64,000 nucleotides of DNA from Actinomycetes bacterium (GCA_030146615.1 JASLBL010000239.1:758-64757), one strand, 5' to 3'; shown: positions 35,107 through 45,622, counted from the stretch's first letter. Numbers and translations are program-made. The notes: generated from the letters alone by a model not told the origin.

Positions 35107-35771
35107 CGGCGGCGCATGCGCCCGACCCGCTCGGTGTCGCCATGGTGGACTTCGCGGCCGGCCAGCGGTCGCCGGCCTGGCTCAGAGTCGCGCCCGGCCG
35201 GCGGCTCGTCCACGACCTGGCCGCCTACTTCGCGCCCATGACCGCCCAGGAACGGGCGCTGCTCGACCTGGTCAAGGGACCGGTGCTCGACGTCGGGTGC
35301 GGGCCGGCCCGCCATGCCCGGCTCCTGCAGGCCCGCGGTCTGACCGTGATCGGGCTGGACCGGTCGCTCCTGGCCCTTGAGCTCGCCCGGTCGCTCGGGC
35401 TGCGACACTGGCTGCACGCCGACGCCCGCTCCGGCCCACTCCCGGCCGTCCGGACCGCGCTACTGCTTGACGGCAATCTCGGCCTGGCCGGGACACCGGA
35501 TGGCGCCGTGCGGCTCCTGCACCGCCTAGCCACCGCCTGCGGACCTGGAGGCCAGCTCCTCGTGGGCGGACGCGCCCCCCGACATGGGCGGCTGCGACCC
35601 CTGGTGGTCCGGGACGAGTATCAGAACCTGATCGGTCCCTGGGGGCGGTGGCTGCAGGCGAGTCTCCCGGCCGCCCTCGACCTGGCCCACTCGGCCGGCT
35701 GGCGCCTCCAGTACGCCGTCACCGCGGGTGCCCGCTATTGGGCCGCCCTTTCCCTCGACGCTCCTTGGTAG
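35103..35771 (+). CDS. class I SAM-dependent methyltransferase
   Basis: VLDVGCGPARHARLL motif I; overlaps the upstream gene (GTGA-type). Confidence 0.75.
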   Translation: MTAAHAPDPLGVAMVDFAAGQRSPAWLRVAPGRRLVHDLAAYFAPMTAQERALLDLVKGPVLDVGCGPARHARLLQARGLTVIGLDRSLLALELARSLGLRHWLHADARSGPLPAVRTALLLDGNLGLAGTPDGAVRLLHRLATACGPGGQLLVGGRAPRHGRLRPLVVRDEYQNLIGPWGRWLQASLPAALDLAHSAGWRLQYAVTAGARYWAALSLDAPW

Positions 35772-36266
35772 CTCCGCCCGCTCGTCTGCACGTCGACCGG
35801 GCAGGCCAGGTCGTGGTCGTCGCCCCCGGCCGACCAAGGCCGCGCCCAAACTGGTCGCGCTCGTGCCCCACCCGATGGCGTTGGCGCTGGGCCGGCGGCC
35901 TGGCGATGGTGGACTACGGCGGTGCCCCCGGCGAGCGCGGCCAGGGTGAGCTCCGCCTGATCGCCGCAGACGGCACCGATGCCCTGGCCGGAACCCGCCC
36001 GCTGGAGCCAGCCCTCCCGAGCCGGCTCCTTGCCTCCGGGCTCGACGGCCCGACCGGCGTCGCGAGGCTGCCCGACGGCCGCTGGGTCATGGCCGATCTG
36101 ATGCGTAAGGCCGACGCCCTCGCCGCTGACGGGGTTGCTTCGGGCCGGGGGGAAGGCCTCCTCCCCCCGGCTTGACCAGCATCCGGCTTGCCCGGGCCAT
36201 GGCGGCCACAACCGTTTGGGCGCTGCCTCGCTGGTTCCTTGCTGCCGCTTGGTAGAGCCGCCGGCG

Positions 36267-37250
36267 CTACTTGGAATCGCGGGCGGTCTGGTCGCGTTCG
36301 TCGGCGGCCCGCTCGCGCGCATCGGCGAGGTGGTTGCGTTGGTCAGCGGCCCGCTCGCGTGCGTCGGCGTCGTCCTGGGCCCGGTCCAGGGCCGCCGCCC
36401 GGCGGGCCAGCCCGGTCTGGGCGGCCTGCAGGGCCTGCTCGGCCTCCCGGGCCCGCGTCTCGGCCGCCCGGACCCGAGCGTCATCGACCGCCTTGGCCGC
36501 GACCCGCTCGCGCTGGGCCGCCTGGACAACCTCCTGGGCGAGGTCGGCCAGCTTGCGCGAGGACGACCTCGCCTGCTGGCGGAGCTGCTGGAACGCCTCG
36601 TCAGGACCGACCCCCCGGGTGGCGGCCAGCACCCCCTTGGCCTGCTCGATCCAGACCCGACTGGTCAGCGCCCCCCGCAGCTGGGCCACCTCAACCTCGC
36701 GGTGAGCCAGCTCCACCCCGGTGCTGACCAGCTCGGCGGTCACCACCGCCAGCGCCCCCAACGCCTCGACCTCCCCGGTCGACCACGCCCGCGGCTGGGT
36801 CACATACACATCCAGGGTCCCGACCGGCTGGTCGGCCAGCCGCACCGGCACACTCAGCACCCCCCGCACACCTGCAGCTGGCCGACCACCGCGGCGACCC
36901 GGTCCCAGACCAGCTCACGGCGCAGATCCTCGATGGCCACCACCCGGTCCTCGGCGAAGGCGGCCAGGCACGGCCCCTCCCCCAGGTCGTGCTGGACCTG
37001 CTCCAGCAGCTCCAGCGCCGCATCCGACACCGCCACCCACCGGGGCTGGCCGTCCTCATGGGCCAAGGTCAGGCCGGTACCATCACCCCGACCACCGTCC
37101 TGGTCGCCTCCACCACCCGCCCCAACCTGGCCAGCAGGTCCCCGTCCTGGGGCAGGGTGGCCCGCAGCTCCCCCACGGTCCGCGCCACCAGTTGCCCGTC
37201 CACCGCCATCCAAGATCCTTCGTCGAAGTGACACAGCGTCTGCTGTCAGC
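36267..37250 (-). CDS. GAF-ANTAR RNA-binding antitermination regulator, frameshifted at a homopolymer (~36855-36865)
   Basis: GAF part ...GEGPCLAAFAEDRVVAIEDL...VGQLQVCGG (track ORF 36854..37519) continues in the other frame as VLSVPVRLADQPVGTLDVY... with the ANTAR motif SRVWIEQAKGVLAATRGVGPDEAFQQLRQQARSSSRKL (track ORF 36267..36869). The N-terminal limit is uncertain. Confidence 0.65.
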
Positions 37251-37794
37251 CGTCGATCGTCACATCCCGGCACCCGGTCGGCAACCGGAACGGGTGGTAT
37301 CGCATGACCCCAAGGCCGCCATGCGATTGGCCAGCCGGCGGGCCATGGGCCGCCGATCAGGCTGGCGGCCACCGCCACCAGCGCCGCCAGCGGCACCAGA
37401 GCCGCCGCCAACGCCACCCAGCGCAGCTGCCGACGGTCCAGGCCCTGTGCCAATCGAAACCGCACCACCAGCGACCCGGCCGCGGCCATACAGTGGCACC
37501 GCTCGCATGGCCATCTCACCGCCGGGCCGTCGTCCGACGTGAACTCGCGAGCTCAGCCAAGCCACGTCCCGATCGACCGGAAGCCTCTGCGAGGAGACAT
37601 GGGCACCTGGGACGCGCCGTACAAGCTCACGTTTCGCGCGGTGCTGAAGTGCGCCAGCGTCTCAAGGGCGTCCCTGATAGGCGTCACGTCCTCGGACTGG
37701 GCGTCATGGGGAAGCGACGACGGCAGCCCGTAGGCCGGGGTGACAACCGTCTGGCAAGGCGTGGGCTCGCGCTTTGCCACACCGCCCCGGGTCG

Positions 37795-39156
37795 CTATCC
37801 CCGCTGGGAACGAGCAAGCAGGAGCGCGCCGACCACACCGGCTAGTAGCGATGCGGCCAGGATGCCGATCTTGGCCGCATCCTGGATCGCTGCAGTCTGG
37901 AACGCGAGGCCGCTGATGAATAGCGAGACGGTGAACCCGATCCCGGCCAGGGCGGCGACCCCGACCAGCTGGCTCCAGCGCGCGCCATCGGGAAGGCGGG
38001 TGATCCCGGTCCTGGTCGCCACCCAGGCGAACACCGTCACCCCGACGGTCTTGCCGACGACCAGGCCCACCACCACGCCGAGGGCGACGCCGCTGGTCAG
38101 CGCCTCGCGGAGGGTCGAGCTGCTGATGGACACCCCGGCGTTGGCCAGCGCGAACAGCGGCACGATCACATAGCTTGTCCAGGGGTGCAGCAGGTGCTCC
38201 AGCCTGGCCAGCGGGGAGACAGCCTCGCGGGTCAGGCCGGCCAAATGCAGCCAGTGGTGGGCGTCGGCGTCGGGCGGAACCGGGTCGTCCACGGTGTCGT
38301 TGGCGATCCGGTGCGCCTCCAGGCTCACCGCTTTGGGGCGCTGGAACGGGACCGCGGGGGTGGCCAGGCCGAGGGCGACCCCGGCGATGGTGGCATGCAC
38401 ACCGGACTGAAAGGTGGCCAGCCACACCCCCACCCCCAGCAGCACGTACACCACCGTCCAACGCACCTGCAGCCGCTGTAGGATCAGGACGAACGCCAAC
38501 AGCCCGCCGGCGACCAGCAACGGCAGGACGTCGATGCTGCCCGAGTAGAACACGGCGATGACCAGGATGGCGCCGATGTCGTCGACGATGGCCAGCGCGA
38601 GCAGGAACGACTTGAGGGCCGCCGGCAGCCCGCGGCCGACCAGGGCCAGCACCCCCAGGGCGAAGGCGATGTCGGTGGCCATCGGGATGCCCCAGCCTCG
38701 GGCCGGCTCCCCGCTGGAGTTGATGGCCAGGTACAGCAGCGCGGGCACGGCCATCCCGCCCAGCGCGGCGATCGCCGGAAGGGCCGCGACTCGGGGCTGG
38801 CGGAGCTCGCCGGTGATCAGCTCGCGCTTGATCTCCAAGCCGACCACCAGGAAGAACAGGGCCATGAGGGCGTCGTTGACCCAGTGCTGGAGGTCTTCGG
38901 CCAGCGACCAGTTCCCGACTCCGATGGTGAGCTGAGTGTGCCAGACGGCGTCGTAGGAGGCCTGCCACGGGGAGTTGGCCCAGACCAGGGCGGCAACGGC
39001 GGTCGCCAGCAGCAGGATGCCGCCGGCCTCCTCGGTCCGCAGGAACGTCTGCAGGGGCTGGAGGACCAGCCGAGGGACCGGACGAGCGCTGTCCGACCAT
39101 GACGACCGGATCTTCTCCTCGAGCGGGGCGACCCGCTCGTCATCACGATCCATCAT
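37795..39156 (-). CDS. nhaA: Na+/H+ antiporter NhaA
   Basis: 453 aa from MMDRDD...; NhaA hallmarks [19 protein letters not shown] and LLALAIVDDIGAILVIAVFYS. Confidence 0.85.
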   Translation of the reverse strand: MMDRDDERVAPLEEKIRSSWSDSARPVPRLVLQPLQTFLRTEEAGGILLLATAVAALVWANSPWQASYDAVWHTQLTIGVGNWSLAEDLQHWVNDALMALFFLVVGLEIKRELITGELRQPRVAALPAIAALGGMAVPALLYLAINSSGEPARGWGIPMATDIAFALGVLALVGRGLPAALKSFLLALAIVDDIGAILVIAVFYSGSIDVLPLLVAGGLLAFVLILQRLQVRWTVVYVLLGVGVWLATFQSGVHATIAGVALGLATPAVPFQRPKAVSLEAHRIANDTVDDPVPPDADAHHWLHLAGLTREAVSPLARLEHLLHPWTSYVIVPLFALANAGVSISSSTLREALTSGVALGVVVGLVVGKTVGVTVFAWVATRTGITRLPDGARWSQLVGVAALAGIGFTVSLFISGLAFQTAAIQDAAKIGILAASLLAGVVGALLLARSQRG

Positions 39157-39406
39157 GCTCCGCTGAACTTGGAGATCGAGGTGTCCCCGGCAAGCGGCCC
39201 CGGGGCCACCACTATCGTTTCCTGTCGCAGTGCTTCGGTCCAACTCAAGGCCCAGGCCACCTGGCGGCGGATGAGCAGCGGGAAGTCCCGATAGGGATAG
39301 GGATACCACCACCAGGGAGCAGCCGCCGACCAGCCTTCCAGCACACCAACAGCGACACGGCAAGGAGGTCGGAGTCGGCAGTCGAGGGTCGATCGCGGAC
39401 CAGGGA

Positions 39407-40699
39407 TCAGGCGAGAACGAAGTAGCGCAGCCAGAGGTAGGGCATGGAGAGGACCAGGGTGATGAACGCGACCAGGGCCCCGTACTTGGTGAACTGCAGG
39501 AAGCTGATGCGGTGGCCGGCGCGTTCGGACAGGCCGAGGATGACCACGTTGGCGCTGGCGCCGATGGCGGTGGCGTTGCCGCCCAGGTCCGCGCCCAGGG
39601 CCAGGGACCACCACAGCACGGTCCCGTCGGTCCCTTCCGGGAACCCGTCGACCAGGGTGCCGACGACCGGGGCCATGGTGGCGACATAGGGGATGTTGTC
39701 GACCAACGCCGACAGCAGGCCGGAGACCCACAGCAGCAGGGTGGTGGCCAGCAGCAGCCGGCCGCCGGTGAGGTCGGCGGCGGCGTTGGCCAGCGACTGG
39801 ATGACGCCGACCCTGACCAGGGCGCCGACCATGATGAACAGGCCTATGAAGAAGGCCAGGGTGGGCCATTCGACCTCGCGCAGGAACACCGCCGGTGGGC
39901 GGTTGGCCAGCAACAGCAGCACCCCGGCGCCGAGCAGGGCGATCACCGAGGGGTCGTAGTGGAGCAGGCCGTGGAGGGCGAACCCGGCGGTGGCGGCGAC
40001 CCCGACGGCCAACGAGCGGATCAGCAGGGGCCGGTCGACGATGGCCTCGCGTTCGTCCAGGGCCATGAGTTCGCGGACCCGCTCCGGGCGGGAGCGGAAC
40101 GCCGAGCGGAACAGCAGCCGGCACAGTGCGATGAAGACGGCCAGCAGGAGCACGACCAGAGGGGCCAGGTTGACCAGGAAGTCGGTGTAGGTCAGGTCGG
40201 CCTCGCTGGCGATGATGATGTTGGGCGGGTCGCCGATCAGGGTGGCAGTGCCGCCGATGTTGGAGGCCAGGGCCAGGGCGATCAGGTAGGGGGCCGGGGC
40301 GAGCTCCAGGCGTTCGCAGATGAGGATGGTGACGGGGGCGACCAGCAGCACGGTGGTGACGTTGTCGAGCAGGGCCGAGGCGACCGCCGTCAGCACGGCC
40401 AGGGCAACCATGATCCGGTAGGGCTGGCCGCGGGCCTTCTTGGCCGACCAGATGGCCAGGTATTCGAACAGGCCGGTCTGTTTCATGACCCCGACCACGA
40501 TCATCATCCCCAACAGCAGGAAGATGACCTCCCAGTCGATCCCGAAGTCGGTGGAGTGGAAGGCGTCCTCGGCGGAGACCAGCCGAAAGGCGAGCATGAG
40601 GCCGGCCCCGGCCAGGGCGACCACCACCCGGTTGACCTTCTCGGTGGCGATCAGGGCATAGGCCACCGCGAACACCGTGATCGCGAAGCCGGTGCTCAT
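39407..40699 (-). CDS. ArsB/NhaD-superfamily anion/ion permease
   Basis: 430 aa; two repeated transporter halves with GDPPNIIIA and ALVDNIPYVATMAPV motifs typical of ArsB/NhaD/SLC13-like permeases. Confidence 0.75.
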   Translation of the reverse strand: MSTGFAITVFAVAYALIATEKVNRVVVALAGAGLMLAFRLVSAEDAFHSTDFGIDWEVIFLLLGMMIVVGVMKQTGLFEYLAIWSAKKARGQPYRIMVALAVLTAVASALLDNVTTVLLVAPVTILICERLELAPAPYLIALALASNIGGTATLIGDPPNIIIASEADLTYTDFLVNLAPLVVLLLAVFIALCRLLFRSAFRSRPERVRELMALDEREAIVDRPLLIRSLAVGVAATAGFALHGLLHYDPSVIALLGAGVLLLLANRPPAVFLREVEWPTLAFFIGLFIMVGALVRVGVIQSLANAAADLTGGRLLLATTLLLWVSGLLSALVDNIPYVATMAPVVGTLVDGFPEGTDGTVLWWSLALGADLGGNATAIGASANVVILGLSERAGHRISFLQFTKYGALVAFITLVLSMPYLWLRYFVLA

Positions 40700-41139
40700 G
40701 GCCGCAGCAGGCGGGTGAGCAGGGCCGAGCTGGTGATCCCACCGATCAGCCGGCCGCCTTCCCGGACCGCCACCATGGGCGCTCGAGCGCCCGCCATCAC
40801 GGCCGCGACCTGCATCAGAGTGGCGTTGCCGCCGACCTGGGGCACCTCGGCCCCGCCGGTCCTGGGGAGCAGCTCGACGACCCGGTGGCCCTCCAGCCGG
40901 CGCCACAGCAGGTCGGCGGCGCCCTCCTCCATGACCTGGGCCAGGGTCGGGTCCTCGATGATGTAGCCGGGCAGCATGCGGGCCAGCAGCCCGATGTCGG
41001 ACACCACCCCCTGGAGCTGCCCCTGGCGGTCGACAAAGACCGCGTCGACCTCCTCTTCGGCCAGCAGCCGGGCCGCCTCGGCAGCCGGCGCATCAGCTGG
41101 CAGCAGCGGATAGGGGACGGCCAGGTCCCGGGCACGCAT
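40696..41139 (-). CDS. CBS-domain pair protein
   Basis: 147 aa with two CBS-like halves; ATGA overlap with the downstream permease; SD AAGGAGGGAG. Confidence 0.7.
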   Translation of the reverse strand: MRARDLAVPYPLLPADAPAAEAARLLAEEEVDAVFVDRQGQLQGVVSDIGLLARMLPGYIIEDPTLAQVMEEGAADLLWRRLEGHRVVELLPRTGGAEVPQVGGNATLMQVAAVMAGARAPMVAVREGGRLIGGITSSALLTRLLRP

Positions 41140-41142
41140 CAG

Positions 41143-41345
41143 GCATCTCCCTCCTTGGGGTGGCCGCTGCCTCCAGAGTTGAAGGCGACGATCACGATGA
41201 TGGCCCCGATGTCACCCACGATGGCCACACGTAGCAGCAACACCTTGCGCCAGAGGGAACCCGGGAGCCGACGAGGGCCATCACCCCGAAGGCGAAGGCG
41301 ATGTCAGTGGCCATCGGCACTCCCCAGCCCCGCCGGCCCTCGCCC
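41143..41345 (-). pseudogene. ~65-aa frameshifted relic of NhaA (copy of the 38590-38700 region of the intact nhaA)
   Basis: Minus-strand translation [23 protein letters not shown] then [22 protein letters not shown] matches the NhaA core motifs. Nucleotide similarity to 38640..38700 is visible by eye. Confidence 0.45.
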
Positions 41346-41650
41346 CCAGATTCAGCGTGAAGAACTCGCAGGGGAACACAGCAAGCCGGCGGGCGACCGG
41401 GCCCTGTCCGGCGCTCCAGGAGCCCTCGACCGGCGGATGACGAGTCGGCACGGGACCTCCCGACAGGACAGGGCTGACGCTTGCCGACCAGGCTTGCCGG
41501 CGCACCGCCGACACTCTACCCGAGGACGCCGGCCGCTCCGCCGAGCCCAGGCGGCTCCGGGCGGTGGGACGGGCGCTTTGCTAGGCTGGTCGTGGAGCGC
41601 CGGGAAGCCTGGTCGGCAGTTGACCATCGTCAACAGGTCAGGAGTGCACG

Positions 41651-43015
41651 GTGGTTCGTGCGGCGCCTTCGGTGGCCGGCGGGACCGGTGCGATCAGCCA
41701 CGAGCCCCCGCGGCTCCCTCGTATCACGCGGCCGGCCACGTTCTTCCTGCTGATCGTGGTCGCTGGTGCCTGGCTCGTGGTTCTCCCCAGCCAGGTGCGG
41801 GCCCAAGGGTCTACCGTGCTGGTCACTCGCGTCGACGGGACCATCACTCCGGTGATCGCCGACCATCTGGTGGACGGCGTCGCCGCCGCCGAACGCGACG
41901 GGCACGCCGCCTACCTGGTCGAGCTGGACACCCCGGGCGGGCTCGACACCTCCATGCGGGAGATCATCAAGGCCTTCCTCGGCGCCGACGTCCCAGTGGT
42001 CGTGTACGTCACCCCGCCGGGGGCGCGGGCCGCCTCGGCCGGGGCGCTCATCACCTTCGCCGCCCACGCCGCAGCGATGGCGCCGGGCACCACCATCGGC
42101 GCCGCCACCCCGGTCGACCTCCAGGGCGGCGAGATCTCCGACAAGGTGATCAACGACGCCGCCGCCTTCGCCGAATCGGTCGCCGCCCAGCGCGGCCGCA
42201 ACACCGAGTTCGCCGTTGACACCGTCCGGGAGGGCCGCGCGGTGCCCGCCGAGGAGGCGGTACGGCTGGACGCGGTCGACCTGCTCGCTGCTGACCGTGC
42301 CGAGCTGCTGAAGCGGCTGGACGGCCGCAGCGTCAAGGTCGCCTCCGGCAACACCGTCACCCTCCAGACCGCCGGCGCCGCAACCGTCGAACAGGACTTC
42401 GGACTGTTCCGCCGGCTGCTGCAGCTACTCGCCGACCCCAACCTGGCCTTCCTGTTCCTGTCGCTCGGCACCTTGGCAATCATCTACGAGCTGGCCAACC
42501 CGGGGGTCGGCTTCGGTGGCATCGCCGGGGGGATCTTCCTGCTTCTGGGGTTCTTCGCCCTCTCGGTGCTACCACTGAACTTGGTTGGGGTGCTGCTGCT
42601 GGCACTGGCAGCGGCGCTGTTCGTGGCCGAGCTGTTCGTCCCCGGCGTCGGGGTGTTCGCCGCCGGCGGCACCGTCGCCCTGGTCCTGGGCGGCCTGTTC
42701 CTGTTCGACGGCGCCGTCCGGATCGACCCGGCCGTGCTCATCCCGGTGGCCTTGGTCGTCGGCGGCGGGTCGGTGCTGGCTGGCCGGCTGGCCTGGCGGG
42801 CGCGCCGCGCCCCCAGCGTCAGCGGCCGCGAAGGGCTGCTCGGCCGCCAGGTCACCGTGCGCACCGCCGACGGCGCCACTGGGCAGGTCTTGTTGGACGG
42901 CGCCTGGTGGACGGCGCGCAGCAGCGGCGCCCCGCTGGCGTCGGGACAGACGGTCCGGGTCGTCGACCTGGACGGCCTGGAACTGATCGTCGATCCCAAG
43001 GAGGAACCCTCGTGA
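41651..43015 (+). CDS. NfeD-family membrane-bound ClpP-class serine protease
   Basis: N-terminal signal/TM, ClpP-like protease domain ([12 protein letters not shown]...[10 protein letters not shown]...), C-terminal multi-TM region and OB-fold tail. SD AGGAG + GTG. Confidence 0.8.
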   Translation: MVRAAPSVAGGTGAISHEPPRLPRITRPATFFLLIVVAGAWLVVLPSQVRAQGSTVLVTRVDGTITPVIADHLVDGVAAAERDGHAAYLVELDTPGGLDTSMREIIKAFLGADVPVVVYVTPPGARAASAGALITFAAHAAAMAPGTTIGAATPVDLQGGEISDKVINDAAAFAESVAAQRGRNTEFAVDTVREGRAVPAEEAVRLDAVDLLAADRAELLKRLDGRSVKVASGNTVTLQTAGAATVEQDFGLFRRLLQLLADPNLAFLFLSLGTLAIIYELANPGVGFGGIAGGIFLLLGFFALSVLPLNLVGVLLLALAAALFVAELFVPGVGVFAAGGTVALVLGGLFLFDGAVRIDPAVLIPVALVVGGGSVLAGRLAWRARRAPSVSGREGLLGRQVTVRTADGATGQVLLDGAWWTARSSGAPLASGQTVRVVDLDGLELIVDPKEEPS

Positions 43016-43803
43016 ACTCCGTCCCTATCGGCCTCGCTGTGGCGGTGGCCGTCCTGCTGGTCCTGCTGGCCATGTCGGTCCGGATCGTCAAGGAGTACGA
43101 GCGGGGCGTCATCTTCCGGCTGGGCCGGGTGATCGGCGCCAAGGGACCCGGCCTGTTCTTCATCATCCCGATCGTCGACCGGATGGTGAAGGTGTCGCTG
43201 CGCACCGTGACCATGGACATCCCACCCCAGGACGTCATCACCCGCGACAACGTCACCGTCCGGGTCAACGCCGTCACCTACTTCAACGTCGTCGACCCGG
43301 TCCGCTCGGTGGTCGCCATCGAGAACTACACCTTCGGGACATCGCAGGTCGCCCAGACCACCCTGCGCAGCATCCTCGGCCAGGTCGACCTGGACGAGCT
43401 GCTGATCAAGCGCGACGACATCAACCAGCGGCTCCAGCAGATCATCGACCAGCTCACCGACGCCTGGGGGATCAAGGTCACCCTGGTCGAGGTCAAGGAC
43501 GTCGAGCTCCCTGAGACGATGCGCCGGGCCATGGCCGCCCAGGCCGAGGCCGAACGGGAGCGGCGGGCCAAGGTCATCCACGCCCTGGGCGAGAAGGAGG
43601 CCGCCAGCACCCTCGGCGAGGCCGCGGTGGTGCTGGAAGCGCACCCGGCGGCCATGCAGCTGCGGGTGCTGTCGACCATGGCCGAGGTGTCGGCCGAGCG
43701 GAACTCCACCCTCATCTTCCCGCTCCCGGTCGAGCTGATGCGCCTGGTCGACACCATGCGCGCCCCTGGCGCCGCACGGGAGCCGGAACCGACCGGCCGA
43801 TGA
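43012..43803 (+). CDS. SPFH/band-7 (stomatin-like) protein
   Basis: [57 protein letters not shown] stomatin signature. GTG overlaps the NfeD stop (GTGA). Confidence 0.85.
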   Translation: MNSVPIGLAVAVAVLLVLLAMSVRIVKEYERGVIFRLGRVIGAKGPGLFFIIPIVDRMVKVSLRTVTMDIPPQDVITRDNVTVRVNAVTYFNVVDPVRSVVAIENYTFGTSQVAQTTLRSILGQVDLDELLIKRDDINQRLQQIIDQLTDAWGIKVTLVEVKDVELPETMRRAMAAQAEAERERRAKVIHALGEKEAASTLGEAAVVLEAHPAAMQLRVLSTMAEVSAERNSTLIFPLPVELMRLVDTMRAPGAAREPEPTGR

Positions 43804-44690
43804 GCGAGCCGGTAATCACCGCGGCCGGCCTGGCCAAGCGCTTCGGGTCCGTGGAAGCCCTGCGCGGGCTGGACCTCGAGGTCGAGCGGGGTGAGGTGTT
43901 CGGCTACCTGGGGCCGAATGGGGCCGGCAAGACCACCACCATCCGGCTGCTGCTCGACTTCATCCGGCCCACCAGCGGCCGCATCGAGGTCCTCGGGGGC
44001 ACCGGCGCCGACCCCCAGGTCCGCCGGCGGATCGGCTACCTGCCGGCCGAGCTTCCGATCGACCCCCGCTGGACCGCCCAGGACCTGATCGACTTCTACG
44101 GCAAGCTGCGCGGCGGCGTCGACGCCGGCTGGGTTCGGGAGCTGCTGGGCCGCTTCGACCTCGACCCGACCCGCCGGGCCGGGGAGCTGAGCACCGGCAA
44201 CCGGCGCAAGATCGGCATCGTCCAGGCGGTCATCCACCGTCCCGAGCTGCTCGTCCTGGACGAGCCGTCCAGCGGCCTGGACCCGCTGCTGCAGTACGAG
44301 TTCCAGCAGCTGGTCCGGGAGCTGGCTGGGGCGGGGACCACCGTGTTCCTGTCCAGCCATGTGCTGCCCGAGGTGGAGGCGCTGGCCGGCCGGGTGGCGA
44401 TCCTGCGCCGGGGCGAGCTGGTCACCGTCGCCGGCGTCGAGGAACTGCGCCAGCAGGCTCGCCAGCGGATCGAGCTGCGGCTGGCGCAGCCAGTCGCACC
44501 CGCCCGCTTCGCCGGCATCCCCGGCGTCGTCGAGGCCCAGGCCGACGACACCCGCATCCGCCTGGTCGTCGAGGGCCCGGTAGGTCCGGCGCTGCAGGCC
44601 GCGGCCGGGCTGGAGGTGCAGCGTATCGTCACCCACGAGGCCGATCTGGAAGACGTCTTCCTCAGCTACTACCAGGAGCAGCCGGCATGA
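43800..44690 (+). CDS. ABC transporter ATP-binding protein (ABC-2 exporter type)
   Basis: [32 protein letters not shown]; ATGA overlap with the SPFH gene. Confidence 0.85.
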   Translation: MSEPVITAAGLAKRFGSVEALRGLDLEVERGEVFGYLGPNGAGKTTTIRLLLDFIRPTSGRIEVLGGTGADPQVRRRIGYLPAELPIDPRWTAQDLIDFYGKLRGGVDAGWVRELLGRFDLDPTRRAGELSTGNRRKIGIVQAVIHRPELLVLDEPSSGLDPLLQYEFQQLVRELAGAGTTVFLSSHVLPEVEALAGRVAILRRGELVTVAGVEELRQQARQRIELRLAQPVAPARFAGIPGVVEAQADDTRIRLVVEGPVGPALQAAAGLEVQRIVTHEADLEDVFLSYYQEQPA

Positions 44691-45490
44691 TCGTCGCCGC
44701 CCGCCTGGTCCGAGACCGCCGCTGGTCGACGCTATGGTGGGCGCTCGGCTTCATCGGCCTCACCCTGTTCACCGTCTCGCTGTACCCCTCCATCAAGGAC
44801 CAGCCCTCGATCGACGAGCTGCTCGCCGACCTGCCGGACGCCTTCAGGTCGGCCATCGGCTACCAGCCCTCCGTCCCGCTGTCATCGCCGGCCGGCTACC
44901 TCCAGGCCCGGCTGTTCTCCACCCTCGCCCCCCTGCTGGCGGTGGTGTTCGGCATCGGCGCCGGAGCGCGAGCGATCGGCGGCAGCGAGGAGGCCGGCAC
45001 CCTGGAGCTGCTGCTGGCCAACCCCGTCACCCGCAGCCGGGTCCTGCTCGAGCGCTACCTGGCCACCTTCGGACTGCTGGCCGGCCTGATCGCCGTATTC
45101 GCGGTCGCGCTGCTCGTCCTCGCCCAACCGTTCGGGGCACTGGAGGGCATCCCGACGGGCAACGTGGTCGGAGCGTGCGCCGCCGTGCTCGCCCTCGGCC
45201 TGCTGCACGGCTCGCTTGCCTTCGCGATCGGCGCCGCCGCCGGCCGCCGCGGCGTGGCGGTCGCGGTCGCGACCGCCGTGGCCGTCGCCGGCTACCTGCT
45301 CGAGACCGTGCTGGCGGCCGCCGGCGACCTGGGCACCCTGCGTCAGCTCAGCCCCTGGCACTGGTACCTGGACCGCAACTTGCTCTCGGAAGGCGCGGCC
45401 CTCGCCGCCGCCGTCCTGCTTCCGCTGGGTATCAGCGCCGTCCTGGTGGCCGTCGCCTGGGCCATGTTTCGCCGGCGCGACCTGCGATAA
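44687..45490 (+). CDS. ABC-2 family transporter permease
   Basis: 267 aa, 6 TM; ATGA overlap with the ATPase gene. Confidence 0.75.
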   Translation: MIVAARLVRDRRWSTLWWALGFIGLTLFTVSLYPSIKDQPSIDELLADLPDAFRSAIGYQPSVPLSSPAGYLQARLFSTLAPLLAVVFGIGAGARAIGGSEEAGTLELLLANPVTRSRVLLERYLATFGLLAGLIAVFAVALLVLAQPFGALEGIPTGNVVGACAAVLALGLLHGSLAFAIGAAAGRRGVAVAVATAVAVAGYLLETVLAAAGDLGTLRQLSPWHWYLDRNLLSEGAALAAAVLLPLGISAVLVAVAWAMFRRRDLR

Positions 45491-45622
45491 AGCCCGGGAA
45501 CCGAAGCGCCGAAGAGCGACGCCACCGGAAGCGCCCCAGATCCACGCCGTCGTCAACCGTCAGGTGATGGTGGGCTGAGACCCAATAGTGGGGTCGCCCG
45601 TGATAGCGCCCGGACCGGCCGC

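Noticed and set aside
35890-36175. 89-aa ORF with an SMP-30/gluconolactonase-like LDGPTGVARLPDGRWVMADL segment
   Set aside because: Too short, no start context, single weak motif. Noted only as a possible further relic.
37553-39100. 515-aa alternative-frame ORF over nhaA
   Set aside because: nhaA in the other frame has all the family motifs; this one is low-complexity.
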